From Eledone cirrhosa (taxonomy: Eukaryota): a stretch of 64,000 bases of DNA. Position 1 is the first letter of the stretch, and each line of letters begins with the position of its first letter. Positions 39,378-54,081 of the stretch are shown one piece after another. The DNA is taken from positions 162,626,001 to 162,690,000 of the forward strand of contig OZ024740.1 in the NCBI GenBank assembly GCA_964016885.1. Reading direction: 5' to 3'. The notes below the pieces were generated by a model. The model searched no databases. It was given only the letters and a program-made list of their open reading frames with translations, and was not told the origin of the DNA. Position numbers and translations under genes: made by a program.

Positions 39378-39493
39378 AAGTGGTTACACAACAATTGTTT
39401 CACCTTAGCGGATCCTCAGCTCGTAATGGAGCTGAGGATCCGCTAAGGTGAAACAATTGTTTTCGGTATGGTGAACTAACTGTTGTGTAACCA

Positions 39494-39496
<3 letters not shown>
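39378..39496. ncRNA. Perfect palindrome carrying two head-to-head minimal hammerhead cores
   Basis: 33-bp arms at 39390-39422 and 39429-39461: GAG-CTGAGGA-T-CC gctaa GG-T-GAAA-CAATTG-TT. Confidence 0.65.
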
Positions 39497-39552
<56 letters not shown>

Positions 39553-39882
39553 AGATGAATACATTAGGTATAATACCAGTTTCTTATCAAATGCGAAGAA
39601 GCTCGGCAGGGCACAGGAAAGGGCACAGATCATAAGTTTTTTTAAATATATAATATATACAGTGGTGGTAGAACTTCATGCCACCCTCTAATAATTATAT
39701 TTTCTCCCCAAACTACCCAAAACACACATCTATTTGGACATGCGCTACAATTTATGTACATGTTATGTTTATCGTATATCGAATTTTTCTGACTATTTTA
39801 GAGTGCAAAGAGCTAAACTAATCACTACAACTAAATTGTCTAAATTTGGCTCCCACAATTCAGAAATGCTTCACCGCCTCTG

Positions 39883-39913
<31 letters not shown>

Positions 39914-40377
39914 TGTATGTATGTATGTATGTATGTATGTATGTATGTATGTATATATATATCGTGATTCATTATAGAGGTGTATATAAAAGTATACACA
40001 ATATGTTTAGGTATAATATATATATATATATATATATATGTCTCGCTGTAAGTATTTTAAGCTGTGATCATTGTACAGCTACCTACATAGTCGCATAAGA
40101 GTACCAAATACTAATGTTTCTGGATTTGCAACTATCTTTAGTGACTTGGTATTTAGGTAAAATAAACTAACAGCTTACATAGGTTTTCGCAAATGTTTCA
40201 GGATTAAGTTATTAGCTTATTTTGCGTCAATACCATGAGAATAAACACCACTGAAGCTGGATAAAAATCCTAGTTTTGGCGCTTAACATATTAATATGAC
40301 ATGAGATGGCAGTGGCATGATCACAGCTTCAAATGCACATAGCGAGATTTATGTATGTGTATTTTACATAAACATAA

Positions 40378-40874
40378 GGGCGGTGGATTGACAGTATCGG
40401 TAGAGCGTTCTGAACCGGCCCGAACCAGGTTGAGGGTAGCCGGACGGGTCTGACCCCCCCCCCCCCCGATGAGTTAGATAGGGGATGCCTGCCCGTGCAT
40501 GCGAAGACTGGACTCGGCGGAGTGAGTGGAGGAGGACAACATCGTCCCAACAGTCACAAAGGCGGCGACAGCAAGCGGTGTGGAGCGCTAGGGCACGGCA
40601 AGGCACTACAGATACCGTGGCCATCCACTGCAGCCAAGGAAGTCCCTGGTCGTGACGGTCCTCCGTACCACCGGATTCTGGCTTCTGCGGCCGAGTGAGT
40701 GGGACCGTCACTGTGCACTGGCCCTCCCACTATAAACCTTTCCCGCACAGGTTTCTTCTTTAGCATGCACTCCCAAATCCCTGCAGCGATGATCGGCCTC
40801 CACAGCCACCTTCGTGCCCACGGCAGACGGGAACGAAAATAAAGATGACATCATCGTTTACGATGGACAACCAA
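40378..40874 (+). mobile_element. SINE-head / RTE-derived bipartite element
   Basis: About 30 nt of SINE head, an RTE-type 5'UTR (CACTGTGCACTGG...CCCGCACAGG), [10 protein letters not shown], a 3' hairpin CATCG ttta CGATG, then a (TA)n tail. Confidence 0.7.
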
Positions 40875-40888
40875 TATATATATATATG

Positions 40889-40924
<36 letters not shown>

Positions 40925-40991
40925 CATATATACATATATATATATACATATATATATATGCATATATATATATATACATATATATATATGC

Positions 40992-41062
<71 letters not shown>

Positions 41063-41063
41063 C

Positions 41064-41094
<31 letters not shown>

Positions 41095-41121
41095 CATATG
41101 TATACATATATATATATATGC

Positions 41122-41153
<32 letters not shown>

Positions 41154-41155
41154 GC

Positions 41156-41208
<53 letters not shown>

Positions 41209-41214
41209 CATATA

Positions 41215-44200
41215 TATAGTAATAATAATAAAATTGAAGACTAAAATCCAAAGAGGGCTCGATAAGGAAAATATATATCAAATATATAAAAACCGTAGAG
41301 CAAATATTTATTAAAATAACAGATTAAAGTTTAAGCAAAGAATCGCTGCTTTCACCCTTAACGGGATCTTCTGAAACTAACAAAGTCAATCTGTAAACGC
41401 AGAACTGGATATTTCAAAAAACGTTGCAACCGGAGGAAGACAGGAAGACGATACTTTGGTTCGTGGAAACGTTCGCTGGCAAAGAACGGGAAAAAACGAA
41501 TAATACGTCATTAATAGGAGCGGTGAAAAACAATTACACGCAAAGACAGAACCACGTTTATGGTATAAAAGAGGTCGTAGACTAATGTTCTCTTAGGTGG
41601 TGCATAGAGACGTTCTCTGGCAATGAACGAAAAAACGAAGATAATAAGTCATATGTGGAGCGTGGAGAACAATAGCACGCAAAGACAAAACCACGTAAAT
41701 GGTATAGCAGAAGTCGTAGACTAAAATACTAACTAGGAGACCAAATGAATCTCCGCTACAGAGTTAAGAACAAAGTAAAATACAATACAGAAGTAATAGA
41801 AACAAATAAATACATACACGCAAACAGATACGTACATACACAAGCATCCGCAAAACCTTACCATAGGTATACGAAACCACGCAATATAAATATGCGTGTG
41901 TGTGTATGCTTGTGTACAAATAAATAAATAATTATATAAACGTATATAAGTAAATAAATACGTATATAACAAGCGCACGCACACACCTACAAATAAATAC
42001 ACGAATGTTCGGAGACGTAGGTCAACTAAAACAAGAAGTACACATATACACACACCCACCATACTTACGAACCTGCATACTCACGCAGACGCAAAACTCT
42101 CGTATACACATAGCCAAACCCTAAATACCAGAATATGTAAAAATTATACGCCAAGGCAGTCAAATATACGTACGAGAAGGTATACATACCTTCACAAAAC
42201 ATACAAGTAATATATACTTACCTATGCAAATAAGTAAAGGAATAAACAAAACATATACTTAGCTCCCGCATCAAGACGTAAAATATCCACGTATAGATCG
42301 TGCTATCCGTTGGGGTATATCGTGGGGCTGTAATACAGGAAAGTTTTGTGCAATTTATGTTTACAAGCCGAAATTGCCACGGATTTTTTGTTTAAGATGT
42401 GGTCTGTGGCGTAGAGTATTTCCAGGGCCTCAGCGGCGCAGAGGTCACATGGTCTTTTATTTCCGTAATACGATCTAGCCCTAGCTAGGATCTCCCAGTG
42501 TAACTTATATTGGGTGTGGTTGTCTTTTAGACTCCAGATATAAGCTGAAAGTGACGTCATATTCCTTCTTAGAGGGTAACGAAAAGAATGGGTATGCATG
42601 TAAAGACGCTGCTTGAAACTATTGGCGGTTAACCCTATGTAGGCCCTACGGGACGTGGGTGTTACAACCTTACATTTGTAGACAATGTTACTAGAGAGGC
42701 ATTTCCCGGATAGGGGGCAATCAGCCCGATTCCTGCAATTACAGTTAGTACTAACTACAGGGTTGCACGTGTTCCTACGGCTAGGTAGTTTAGCTAAATT
42801 TGAAGCTGTGATGTTATGTGCAAGGTTAGGAGTCGTAGAGTAAGAAATTTGAATAGTATTTCTATTAAAAATTTTACTATATTTATGTGTAGGGGGAAAA
42901 TGCTTCGTAATAAGGGAAAGAAAGATCTTAGCTAATGGTGTGGCCACCTCCATATTATATGGTGGGTTAAACCAACAAATGCGACGGGATCTATTTCTTC
43001 TAGGTCTATTTTCGTACTCTGTATAAGCTACTTTATCGACAAATCCACTTCGAGCAAGAGCTTCATTGTAATAAGTGGAATGGTCGTTGAAAATGAGCTC
43101 GTTGGTGGAAAGACGGGAAAGCCTCAACGAAACGTTTTTTACCAGGTTCTTGGTTATGCTGGCAGGATGGTTGGAATGCTTACTTATGTAATTAAGCGTA
43201 TCATTCGGCTTTCTATACGGGTAATACAACCCATTCAATAAATTGAGGGTAACGTCGAGGTAATTAACGACCGAGAGATTGGCCTCAACTTGTATAGAGA
43301 GGTTGAAGCCTTTAAAGAAGGCTGTGAGTTCTTTTCTGAACCTGTCGCAAGCACGAGGTCCGCACTTAGTCATGGTCAAAAGACCATCGTCACGGTACAA
43401 ACCACCGCCCGCGTTGGGGAATTCGTCCTTGATAGAGAAAAGAAGGAAAAGGCCAATAAGATCAGTAACCTCCGCAGAGTCACTGGCGCCCATACTCACG
43501 TCGAATGGGGTGCTATTGGATTTTTTAATCCAAATAGAGTCGTCGAAATTAATCACCGACTTTCGGGCAATAAGGATGACATCAACTTCGAAATCCTTAA
43601 CCACTGTGAGTGTTTTAGCGAAATTGATAGCTCTAAGGAGAAGTGGTAAAGTGATGGAGGAGTAGTAATTGTTGATGTCGAATTGGATAAAACGGCAATG
43701 TTCCTTGTTACATATGCCGTTGAACCAATCAATCACCGCGAAGGAATTGTTCCACAGTGCGAGAGGGGCCAAACTTCTAATTTCAGGTATAATTCTATCA
43801 AGAATCGTTTTACTAAGTCTACCTAAATCGGACTTCGTAGGGTTAATAAGCCGAATAGAGGGGTTGTTCGGAAAATTGGATTTGTGAGAGATAGGGTCCA
43901 GAGGTTCGGTCCGGTCCATGATGTTGAGATCAGATGTGATTTTAAACCCAGCATCGTTGATTTCATTGATGACACACCGATTAGTTTTACGGTAATCCTT
44001 AGTTAAAGCATTATGTAGTAGTTGATGGTAAGTACTGCGCTCCACTTGATATAGGTTGCCAGTTTTGTCGGAATGGACGTGCACGGCGTTAGAATCCTTA
44101 ATAGAACGAATTCTATTCTTCAGGTCTTGCTGGAAGGAATTGCTCCTATTCCGAAATTTGATACTCCGAATGAGTTCCAAGACATCATTTTCGAAGGGTA

Positions 44201-44450
44201 GCAATGCTGGGTTCCACGGAGGGTTATTATAGGTCTTAAATCCAAATTTATCTTGTTTGTTGTCTGCTTTTCGCGGATTATCGAAATAAAAGGCACGCCA
44301 ACGCAACCTTTTAATGAACGCGTCTGTTTTCTGTATCAGGAGTTTTAGGTATGTTTTCCTGCTTGGTACGGGTATGTTCTTTGTAGAAATATTCAGATGT
44401 TGTTTCTGCATGATGAATATAAGTCAGTAGAGTGCTCAACCGAAGGAGCC
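41215..44450 (-). mobile_element. Penelope-like retroelement (Naiad-like) with 3' pseudo-LTR, between (TA)n-rich arrays
   Basis: ORF below; pLTR at about 41215-41440 is repeated at 27841-28110; hammerhead-like CAGAAGA-T-CCC gttaa GGG-T-GAAAGC on the minus strand at about 41348-41373. Confidence 0.85.
42303..44411 (-). CDS. Penelope RT + zinc-finger linker + GIY-YIG endonuclease (702 aa, open)
   Basis: [41 protein letters not shown], CNCxxxxxCPLxGxC, IVY...YIGLT..FKQR, CDLC, CKH. Confidence 0.9.
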   Translation of the reverse strand: MQKQHLNISTKNIPVPSRKTYLKLLIQKTDAFIKRLRWRAFYFDNPRKADNKQDKFGFKTYNNPPWNPALLPFENDVLELIRSIKFRNRSNSFQQDLKNRIRSIKDSNAVHVHSDKTGNLYQVERSTYHQLLHNALTKDYRKTNRCVINEINDAGFKITSDLNIMDRTEPLDPISHKSNFPNNPSIRLINPTKSDLGRLSKTILDRIIPEIRSLAPLALWNNSFAVIDWFNGICNKEHCRFIQFDINNYYSSITLPLLLRAINFAKTLTVVKDFEVDVILIARKSVINFDDSIWIKKSNSTPFDVSMGASDSAEVTDLIGLFLLFSIKDEFPNAGGGLYRDDGLLTMTKCGPRACDRFRKELTAFFKGFNLSIQVEANLSVVNYLDVTLNLLNGLYYPYRKPNDTLNYISKHSNHPASITKNLVKNVSLRLSRLSTNELIFNDHSTYYNEALARSGFVDKVAYTEYENRPRRNRSRRICWFNPPYNMEVATPLAKIFLSLITKHFPPTHKYSKIFNRNTIQISYSTTPNLAHNITASNLAKLPSRRNTCNPVVSTNCNCRNRADCPLSGKCLSSNIVYKCKVVTPTSRRAYIGLTANSFKQRLYMHTHSFRYPLRRNMTSLSAYIWSLKDNHTQYKLHWEILARARSYYGNKRPCDLCAAEALEILYATDHILNKKSVAISACKHKLHKTFLYYSPTIYPNG

Positions 44451-44451
44451 A

Positions 44452-45206
<755 letters not shown>

Positions 45207-45985
45207 CGAAGGAAATGTGGTAAGGAACCAGGTGGACCATAACGCACCAAAGTACTCAATACTTAGGGTGGTAGAGTGGGTAATTATATATATATATAAT
45301 ATATATATATATATATAATTATACACACACACATATATATATATATAAAGAAACAGTCGTTTTAAATGGAAATGACAACCCCTTCGATGTCATCACCAGT
45401 AGTTAAGGGCCCTTTCGTTTCCTTTATTTATTTATTTTTATCAATGCGCCTCTGATGTCTGTGCCCTATGTTGCTGCTTAGTTTCCCTAATAATAGCTCC
45501 AAGTCTGCTATAAGCGGAGTCGATATACTCCCACATGAACGCAATCATTTGACTAAAACCAGTAAACAAATAAAAGAAATAGTGACACAAGGGAAGGTGA
45601 TGTAATATTTTTATACAGAATAATAAGATTGATTATGTTTGAGAAAAGAGTACAGTAAGCATATAACTTACATACACTATGTAGTACAGCGAAGCTCTTC
45701 AGGAAAGGTTGTAAAGGAAAGAAGAAGAATGAAAACAATTATAACATCAGGTGTGAAGACAGAAATATCGAATCATACCCCTGCAGCTTTGGAATGAGGA
45801 GGCTAACCCATTATTTTTTTTTTCACTTGTTGTGAACTTTGAATGAACCTAACTTCCACATCACATCACTTCTTTTCTTTTACTAGCTAGCTTCTCTGGG
45901 TAATAGAGAAGTCAGTCAGAAATGATATAAAAAAAAACTATGGAGCCGCCCGTCAAAGTTATGTGTGTACATATACACACACACT

Positions 45986-46051
<66 letters not shown>

Positions 46052-46083
46052 AACTCACACACGGATATATATGTTTATGTATG

Positions 46084-46123
<40 letters not shown>

Positions 46124-46399
46124 TATGTATATGACCAGTGAAGGAAACCAGTTGGTTTCAAGTAGATAATAAATTAATAAATAGTTTTCGGCTAAGTAGA
46201 CACAGTTTTTAGATATTGATTCCCATTTGGATTTTACCTTTAGGCTCAAGTAGGTGCTCCCTTCTTCCCCTTTTACTCTCTTTTATCCTCTCCTTTTCTT
46301 TGTCTTTCTCCTTTCCTAGTGGATTGTGTGGCTTCTCGTGAATGCTTTCTTTCTTTTCTATTTATTCTGGTGTGTTGGACTCCTGACCGTTCCGAGGAC

Positions 46400-46652
46400 A
46401 AGTGGTCTAGTTGTTAGAACAATCGAAATCCCTGCTTGTGAAATTAACTGGCAAGAGGCTGAGCATTTTAGAGACATTGGCACCCTTAACGTTGTTCCCA
46501 GGGACATTCAGTATGACAATGTGTGACAAGGCTGACCTTTTGGATTACAAGAAAATCATTTTTTTGCTAGCTGAGTGAAATAAAATGTCTTACTCAAAGA
46601 CACAACTTTACGATCGTTTGTCGAACACTGTAACCGCTAAATCTCGTGCCTT
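46400..46652 (-). mobile_element. Older tRNA-derived SINE of a second family
   Basis: Minus strand TTAGCGGTTACAGTGTTCGAC...GTGTCTTTGAGTAAGACATTTTATTTCAC...CAGCCTTGTCACAC. Confidence 0.55.
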
Positions 46653-46701
46653 TCACTTATTCTGATGACACCCAAAGAAATACGATGCAGCTTGACTTCA
46701 A

Positions 46702-47130
46702 TTAGAATCTTGCCAAAAGGATTTCAAATTCACTGCTCTACCATTTAGTCATTCTTGATTGAGCAGTCGTAACTTGAACATTTAAACCTGGCAGACTCTA
46801 TCCCTACCCAGCATTTAACACGTCCGATTTCGTCCAGAGAAAGAAAAATAGGGAGAGAGGCTGAGTGAGAAATATGTATAGGGGAATAATTGATCCTAGA
46901 ACTAGTCTGGTATTTTATTAGAATCTTGCCAAAAGGATTTCAAATTCACAGCTCTACCATTTAGTCCTGATTGAGCCGACGTAACTAGAGCATTTAAACC
47001 TGGCAGGCTCTATCCCTCCCCAGCATTTAACACGGCCGATTTCTTCCAGAGGAAAAAAAGATAGGAAGAGTGGCTAAGTGAGAAATATATATAGGGGAAG
47101 AATTGACCCTAGTACCAGACTGGTATTTTA
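46702..47130. repeat. Two-copy tandem duplication, unit about 216 bp
   Basis: TTAGAATCTTGCCAAAAGGATTTCAAATTCAC starts at both 46702 and 46918. Confidence 0.9.
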
Positions 47131-47419
47131 TTTATATAAGGATGAAAAGCAGAGAGCCGCAACTAATTTCGCGAAGCATCCTACTTGACGTTCTATGCCA
47201 ATTCGCCAGCTATATTCTTTGTACAAATAAATATATTAACTCTCATACGAATTCTTCACAAAAGAAACAGAACTAATCTTGTAAATCTTACGTTTCAATA
47301 AATAAAATAGGAATATCCCTTCTACTCAAAGTATTGATTACCTTACTTTAATTGTGCTTCATTTCGTTCGAAAAGGGAACAACAATTAAATATAGCAAGA
47401 CCCTCAATGACTTAATGTG

Positions 47420-47630
47420 AAGGGGGCTCTATTTGGTTGCTCGATTTACTAAAAGTAACAGGTAAATGACCTTCAAATCATACTGACTGGAATACATTAT
47501 ATAGTAGCCGTAGATATACAGTATAGTAGCCATAGATATACAAAAAGGCAGGATGGTCTTGGCTAGAATGCCTTAAATCATAGGTCTGTTCAACCATGAT
47601 TGACTTGGAGTTAAACGACACCAACTACAA
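47420..47630 (+). repeat. Interspersed LINE-3'-end-like repeat ending in AAAC(AAC)n
   Basis: Diverged blocks TGCTAGAAATAG...AAATC and GGATGGTC...GAATGCCTT...ATAGGTCTG recur near 24430, 38970, 50150-50380 (minus) and 51480-51780. Confidence 0.5.
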
Positions 47631-47744
47631 AACTATTTTCTTTTTCTACAAGTTGGCTTTTTTTCTTTTCCACTTAACTTTGACAGAAGGCTTTGCATTT
47701 CTTTCGATACAATATTTAAACACCATAATCAAATTCATAACTGC

Positions 47745-47784
<40 letters not shown>

Positions 47785-49442
47785 CACAAATATAAATATA
47801 AATATAAGTATGTATGTGAGAAATGAAATTTCGTTTCATTTTTTCCATTTATAAATATAAATATAAATATAAATTCAGAGGGAATCGTATTTCGGCGGGT
47901 AGAAATAAGCGAAACGCAATTTCCGATTTGTGTTGGCAAGCGCTTCATGGACCAAAAGAGACCAGATCAATAAACATATGTTATAAAGGCCATACAAACT
48001 GAGACGGTGGTTAAGAAGCCATCAACCACCTAAGCCAAAAAAAACGAAGCAAGCTAAACGGGTCAAACAAAATAAATGAATGAAATATTTACCCGGACCC
48101 AAGGAAATGATGGTATAATCCAGTACATGGTTTCTGCGACACCTAAATCAATAATACTGTCTGCTTAAAAAAATAAGCTTTTGTTATAATGATTGACAAG
48201 GATATCACTTTCTCAACACGTATTTTTTTCTGTGCCAGCGTTTTGAATCTCACAGTGTTTTGAAAGCACATGTGTAACTCTACGGTGGAGAAAACCTCAA
48301 AGTTTGGCAAATGAATTCAGTATGTGTAATCGATGCAAAAATTGCAAAAAACAGCACAAATCGAATTAAGCTCTCGACCGGGTAGTTTTTAAAATAAACT
48401 TAAGCAATTAATCAGTCAATAGAATTATCTAAAAAAAAAATAACTGGTTAATTGTTAGACTCGGGAGATTAATACAAATATAAATTCAGCGAGAATCGTA
48501 TTTCGGCGGGTAGAAATAAACGAAACGCATATTTGATACACAATCTCTTACGTAACGAATAAATGAGGAAAATCCTTACCCATTGACTTCCACTTCCTTA
48601 TTTTACCTATACTCCGGAGTATGCAGACCTACATGTACACTCGTTGAGTGCTCTATCCTGTGTACATTAGTATTGGCTGATTAACTAATACATAATATAC
48701 CAAGTATATATATATATATAATAAGGGTTGACGGACCCACCATATTTATCAATGCCAGTACATATATATATGCTCATCTCTGTCAAAGGGCGGGTAAACT
48801 CCACGGAGTTAACGACCATTCACCCCAACTGTGGGTTAAATAACCTCATCAACTTGCAATTGGCCAAACGTGGTGAGTACGGCTACACCCCCTGGAGAGG
48901 TTAAACTCCAGGACAATAACACATGCGATCCTCGTAACTGTCCTGTAATCTTACCTAGGCTTATCACTAGATACATAGCTACGAGAATGAGGTGGGTGCT
49001 ATGTGTGTAGCTCAATTTTGGATCCGCTGTCAGAATTGAGGAGTCGGGGCCTTTATTAAAGAAGGTTATAACTTTGCAGCACTTTTTCTACTTACCAGCT
49101 ATTCTTTTCCCTGCAGCAAACCCATCAAAGTGGAATTAGTTTTTCATGCGCGTGTTATTCATGTGAACATGACCTATTCAGCGACTTTAGTTGTTTTCCT
49201 GCAGTGTTTACTTTTTGCCCACTGGTGAACACCCATGTCTGCGATCTTGTCTGGTTAAGGCGCACGTCAGCAATCACCGAAGTCATGGAAGTGCGAAATT
49301 GATCCAGGTATTTGACCTGCCTGCAGTAAACAACTCACGTCCGACAGGAGCAGAAAGTACCGAGAATACCATTGTGGGCATGACAAAATATACTGAAATG
49401 ATCCATCTAGTTCGGTATACCGACTTAATTTTGAATATTTTG

Positions 49443-49640
49443 CAGACCTATCAACTCTCCCGTCGGGGAGATCTCCCACCCACTTTGGGGTGGATGAGAG
49501 ATGTCTTCTCTTGTGAAAATGGGTATAGCTTTCATTATGTAAAATCTCCCCATTTTGCCTCGTTTCTCTCTATTTTGAGGCACTTTTTTCATGATTTTCC
49601 CCGTTTGGGTTTTTAGAAGATGGCAGGTCTGAGTATATAT
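49443..49640. mobile_element. Possible hAT-type MITE
   Basis: CAGACCTATCAAC at the left versus GATGGCAGGTCTG at the right; no clear TSD. Confidence 0.35.
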
Positions 49641-50550
49641 AAAACTTTGTATATATACATATTCAGTAAATGATGAATATAACATGTAACCAGATTTTTT
49701 CTTTCATTTTAACTTTTTCCCTTGTTGATACACATGAAACCATTAACGTCGAAGAATTTTTATTTTTATTTTATATACATTTCTCATTTAAAATTGTAAA
49801 CTGATTATTTTTTCTGTGACGGTGGAAAAAGCAGAGATACATAAATATAACTATAGTTTTGCTGTTTCATGCAAAACACTAATTTTGCTTGTGTTTTAAG
49901 TTGTTACTTTTTTAAATGTAAACAAAATTGTTCTTAACTGCAATTATATTTTAAGTTCTTGTTTTCTTTCTGCCTACCTTCCTTCCATTCTATATTTCTT
50001 TCTGCTTTTTTTCTTTTTGCCTATTTTTTCATCAGAAAAGTTAGTCAAAAGAGAATAAGAGATTTTGAATTCTGAAGACGGTGTCCTACAGTCTGAAAAG
50101 AGTAAAAGCACAGGAAATAATAATACAGCTTCTCTGTTTTTGTCGTTGTTTATTTAACTCTAAACTCAGTTCAATCCTAATCGAGAGGAACTACGATGAA
50201 AAGGATTCCTGGCATGATCATCTTCTAATCTTCTAATATATTTCAGGTATAGTGTATCTAATGTTACATCAGCCTATATGTATATCCTTCATATTCTTAC
50301 GACGGTTGGTTATAAAATGAGGACGATTATGCTGCTTTATATAACAGGTCAAACAACTATGTTGATGCTTCTACGTTGGCTCGTATAAACTTGTTTTTAT
50401 TTGTTTCCTCTCAAAGTGTCCCCTTCAAACCGTTTGCGTCTACTTCTGTTTCTGGAAGCCAAGAAGGGAGCCTCTATGTGGTTTATTGGCCTATCAAAAA
50501 TAGCAATGAAATCTTCTTCAATGCACACCTTTTTATTTTAGAAAAGGACA

Positions 50551-51457
50551 TCTGTATATATATAAAATTAAGTGTGTGTGTGTGTGTCTGTGTATTACCT
50601 ATAGGGGCCTACATCTTACGACCGATTTTCATGAAACTTTACAGGCTCATAGATTAGTGATCGGGGAGTGTTTTCCATATATCAGCGCATCGTTTTTTTT
50701 ATTCCGGGGGTCATTCTGCAGATAAAAATCGATAGGGGGGGGGCACCTTTTTTTAGGTATCGAAAAATAAGAATTTTGGCTCTAGCTCCCACATTTTGCC
50801 ACCGATTTCGTTCAAATTTAAAAGCAAAATAGAATTTATCATTACACATCCTGTAATGGCTTTATATTTTGCTTTTGTTGTTCAGGGAGGGCGTGGCAGC
50901 CGCTTAAATATTCAACGATATCACTTTTAGACTCAAATTTCCACTTTATCTGCTCTAGCTCCCACATTAATCAACCTACTTTGTTCAAATTTTACACTAC
51001 GCTAGATCTGATTATTTCACGTCTTAAAGTGGTTTACATTTTGAATTATTTGTTCAGGAACGGCGTGGTAGCCGCTTAAATATTCGAAAATACCACCTTT
51101 TCGCTCAAATCTTAACCTTTTCGGCTCTAGCTCCCACATCTTTCAACCGATTTCGTTCAAACTTCGGCTCCACCTCACACATAAATCAATTTATTTGGTT
51201 CAACTTTTATTCTACGATAGAACCTATCATTGCACATCTTATAGTAGCTTTACACTTTGCATTTTTTGTTCAGGGACGGCGACCTATCATTAGCTCCTTG
51301 CACCTCCCACATATTCCATACGATTTCACTCAACATTTCGCCATTTGCTACACCTTACGACCGATTTTCAAGAAACTCGCAGTCGCTAAGATCAACACCT
51401 TTTCATCAAAGCAGATATTATTTTACCTACCCAGGCAACGCTGGGTACTGCTGCTAG
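50551..51457 (+). mobile_element. Non-autonomous Helitron with three internal repeats of about 175 bp
   Basis: A|TCTGTATATATATAAAA...CCCAGGCAACGCTGGG...CTAG|T; CTCTAGCTCCCACAT occurs three times. Confidence 0.85.
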
Positions 51458-52542
51458 TGCTAAATAATAGGAATCTGGGTTCAATGCATGTAGGAAAGGT
51501 GGTTGGACATGGTAGGATTGCTTTTGATGATAGATGCTAGATCAGGAATGGACTAATACTAAAATACAACTACAGCGTTGGAACCTCTACGTGACCACAT
51601 GATTTGCTGCTAGAAATAGCAACTAAATCTCCCTCAATTTATTCGCTTTTCTCTCACGAAATGGCATTTAGATAATATGAATCTGGGTTCCCTGCACACA
51701 AGAAAGAAGTGGAATGTCACAGCTGGAATATATTTGATTATAGATCAGAGTTGATCTGGACTAAAAAAGCAACTTTCCTATTTTTATACCAAACTTCTTT
51801 TCATTGAATTTTTACTGATTTGTCAGGTAGAGAAGGGCAGATCACATGACACATTTCAAGGACTCCGAAGCCCGTGAAAGAAAGGGAAGGAAGGAGGAAG
51901 GTGTCCTCAAACCGGAAGCAAGGCCCGAATGCGTGCAACAGTGTGGATATTGATAAAAGCATTGGAATAGTACATTATTTTATCGACTCACCCCAAAAGG
52001 ATTAAAGGCAATGTTGACCTTGGTGGGATTTGAAGTCAGAACGTAACGGAATCGGAACAAACAACGCAAGACATTTTGTTCGATGTTCGAACAATTTCTA
52101 ATTTCACCACTTGAGCGTGCTGAATGGTACTTTTATCGAAATCGGAAATCAAAATTGTCTTCAGCAATATTTGAACTCAGAAGACAAATAGCTGGACATA
52201 ATGATGCAAGACTTCTCATCCGACGCTTAAAACATTCCACCAATCCGCCGCACTAGAAAATCGCTAGTATTTTATCTACCAACCGTTTCGATGAATCTCT
52301 TGCGTTGTTAGATATTTAAGTGTTGTTTAATCAGCTCACTCAACTGTATTCAACAAACGAATGTTACACTCCTGGAAATATTACAAAAATAAAAAACAAA
52401 TGTCTGGAGTATTCACAGTAATTACGATTTGTCTATAGCAAGTTTAGATATAATCCTTTAAATACCTCAGACTAAGATAACAAATGTTGTTGAAGTTAAC
52501 GAAGAAATTGCTTCAAGTAAATGAAGGTAACTAGAAATATCC

Positions 52543-52589
<47 letters not shown>

Positions 52590-52595
52590 ACACAG

Positions 52596-52628
<33 letters not shown>

Positions 52629-52961
52629 AGCTTATTTAAGTGGAAGTTTGAAGCATATTTGTCTCTAACGAAACATAAACAGTTATTGTGGAAAGAGACT
52701 TATTATAAAGCAATACATTTTTCTCATTCCATTTTGTAATTTAATTCCGTGTAAGCATGAATGTGGAGTCTGCAAGACTAGGAAAAAAAACAGTGGTTAG
52801 GGATCTAAAACAGAACCGTGAAAGGAAAGCAGGAGGTAGGTAGGTGCTGAAGGAGGTAGGTAGGTGCTGTAGGTAGCTGCTGAAAAGTTAGGTAACTCGT
52901 TAAATTGTCTGTCAGACAGGCATCAAGATGGGTAGACAGATAAGAAAAATAGCCTATAAAA

Positions 52962-53009
<48 letters not shown>

Positions 53010-53194
53010 GCATACATAAACATAGAGAAAGGAAGAAAGAGAGAGAGGGGAATCCCAGAAAGGAAGGGCGAATTATATTTGGTTTTCTTCAAAAATATAA
53101 TATACAGCCAGCATCAATTCTATCCACAATTCTTCATTCTTAATTAAAGTATGAATGATAGCACGAAGCGTGTACTGGAACAGGTAAAAGAACA

Positions 53195-53255
<61 letters not shown>

Positions 53256-53312
53256 AGAGAGACAGACAGGCAGACAAACCAATAAAGAATTAGATAGATA
53301 GATAGATAGATA

Positions 53313-53554
53313 TATTTCTTTATTAGCCACAAGGGCACAAATAAAGGAGACAAATACAAATGGGGAGTTTACATACAGGTATATGAAAATAAAACTATTA
53401 ATACAATAACAAATAACAATTGAAATCCCCAATAGGGGGGAGGTGTTACACAGGGGTTGTACACACCCCGAAAAAATGTACAAGCCTCATCTCCAGGAGC
53501 ACCAAGAGTGAGTACTCCCTTCCACTCTTCCTCTTTTTCCTCAACCTACAGGCT
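53313..53554 (-). mobile_element. 5'-truncated copy of the Tx1 family (3'UTR only), flanked by (GATA)n on both sides
   Basis: Matches 14635-14881 (TTTCTTTATTAGCCAC...TCAACCTACAGGCT). Confidence 0.85.
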
Positions 53555-53605
<51 letters not shown>

Positions 53606-53861
53606 GCAGGCGAGTAGGTATACAAATAGAAAGACAAATAGACATTATTGTTGTGGTTCTTGTGTAGCTGATGTGCTGCCCACTAACCCGTCTATAGGGC
53701 TGTTTTCTTTTTTTTATTATCGCTGTCAACACCTATCACAGGTGTTGTTTTTGTTGCTGTTTTAAACAAAGACTGAACAGTAAGAGAGATGGAATATGAG
53801 AAATCGTGTGTCAGATGATAATTGGGAAGGTTTTGCAATGTCTGATGTGAGGTTAAATAAT

Positions 53862-54081
53862 GATTTCTACTTTAGGCACAAGGTCAGCAAGTTTGGGGGA
53901 GGGGAAAGTCGATTAAATCGACCCCAGTGCGTTACTGGTACTTTATTTCATTCGACTCCGTAAGGATGAAAGGCAAAGCTAACCTCGGCAGGATTAGAAT
54001 TCAGAATGTAAAGGGCCGTAACTCTATGCCTCTTAGCAGCTTTCCCGATGCTCTGCCGATTTTACGATTCCACCGCCCTCT
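53862..54081 (-). mobile_element. Meta-SINE copy with 17-bp TSD
   Basis: TSD ATGTGAGGTTAAATAAT at 53845-53861 and 54082-54098. Confidence 0.9.

Noticed and set aside
48251-48257. CACAGTG (RSS or Transib-like heptamer)
   Set aside because: No matching nonamer or partner TIR found
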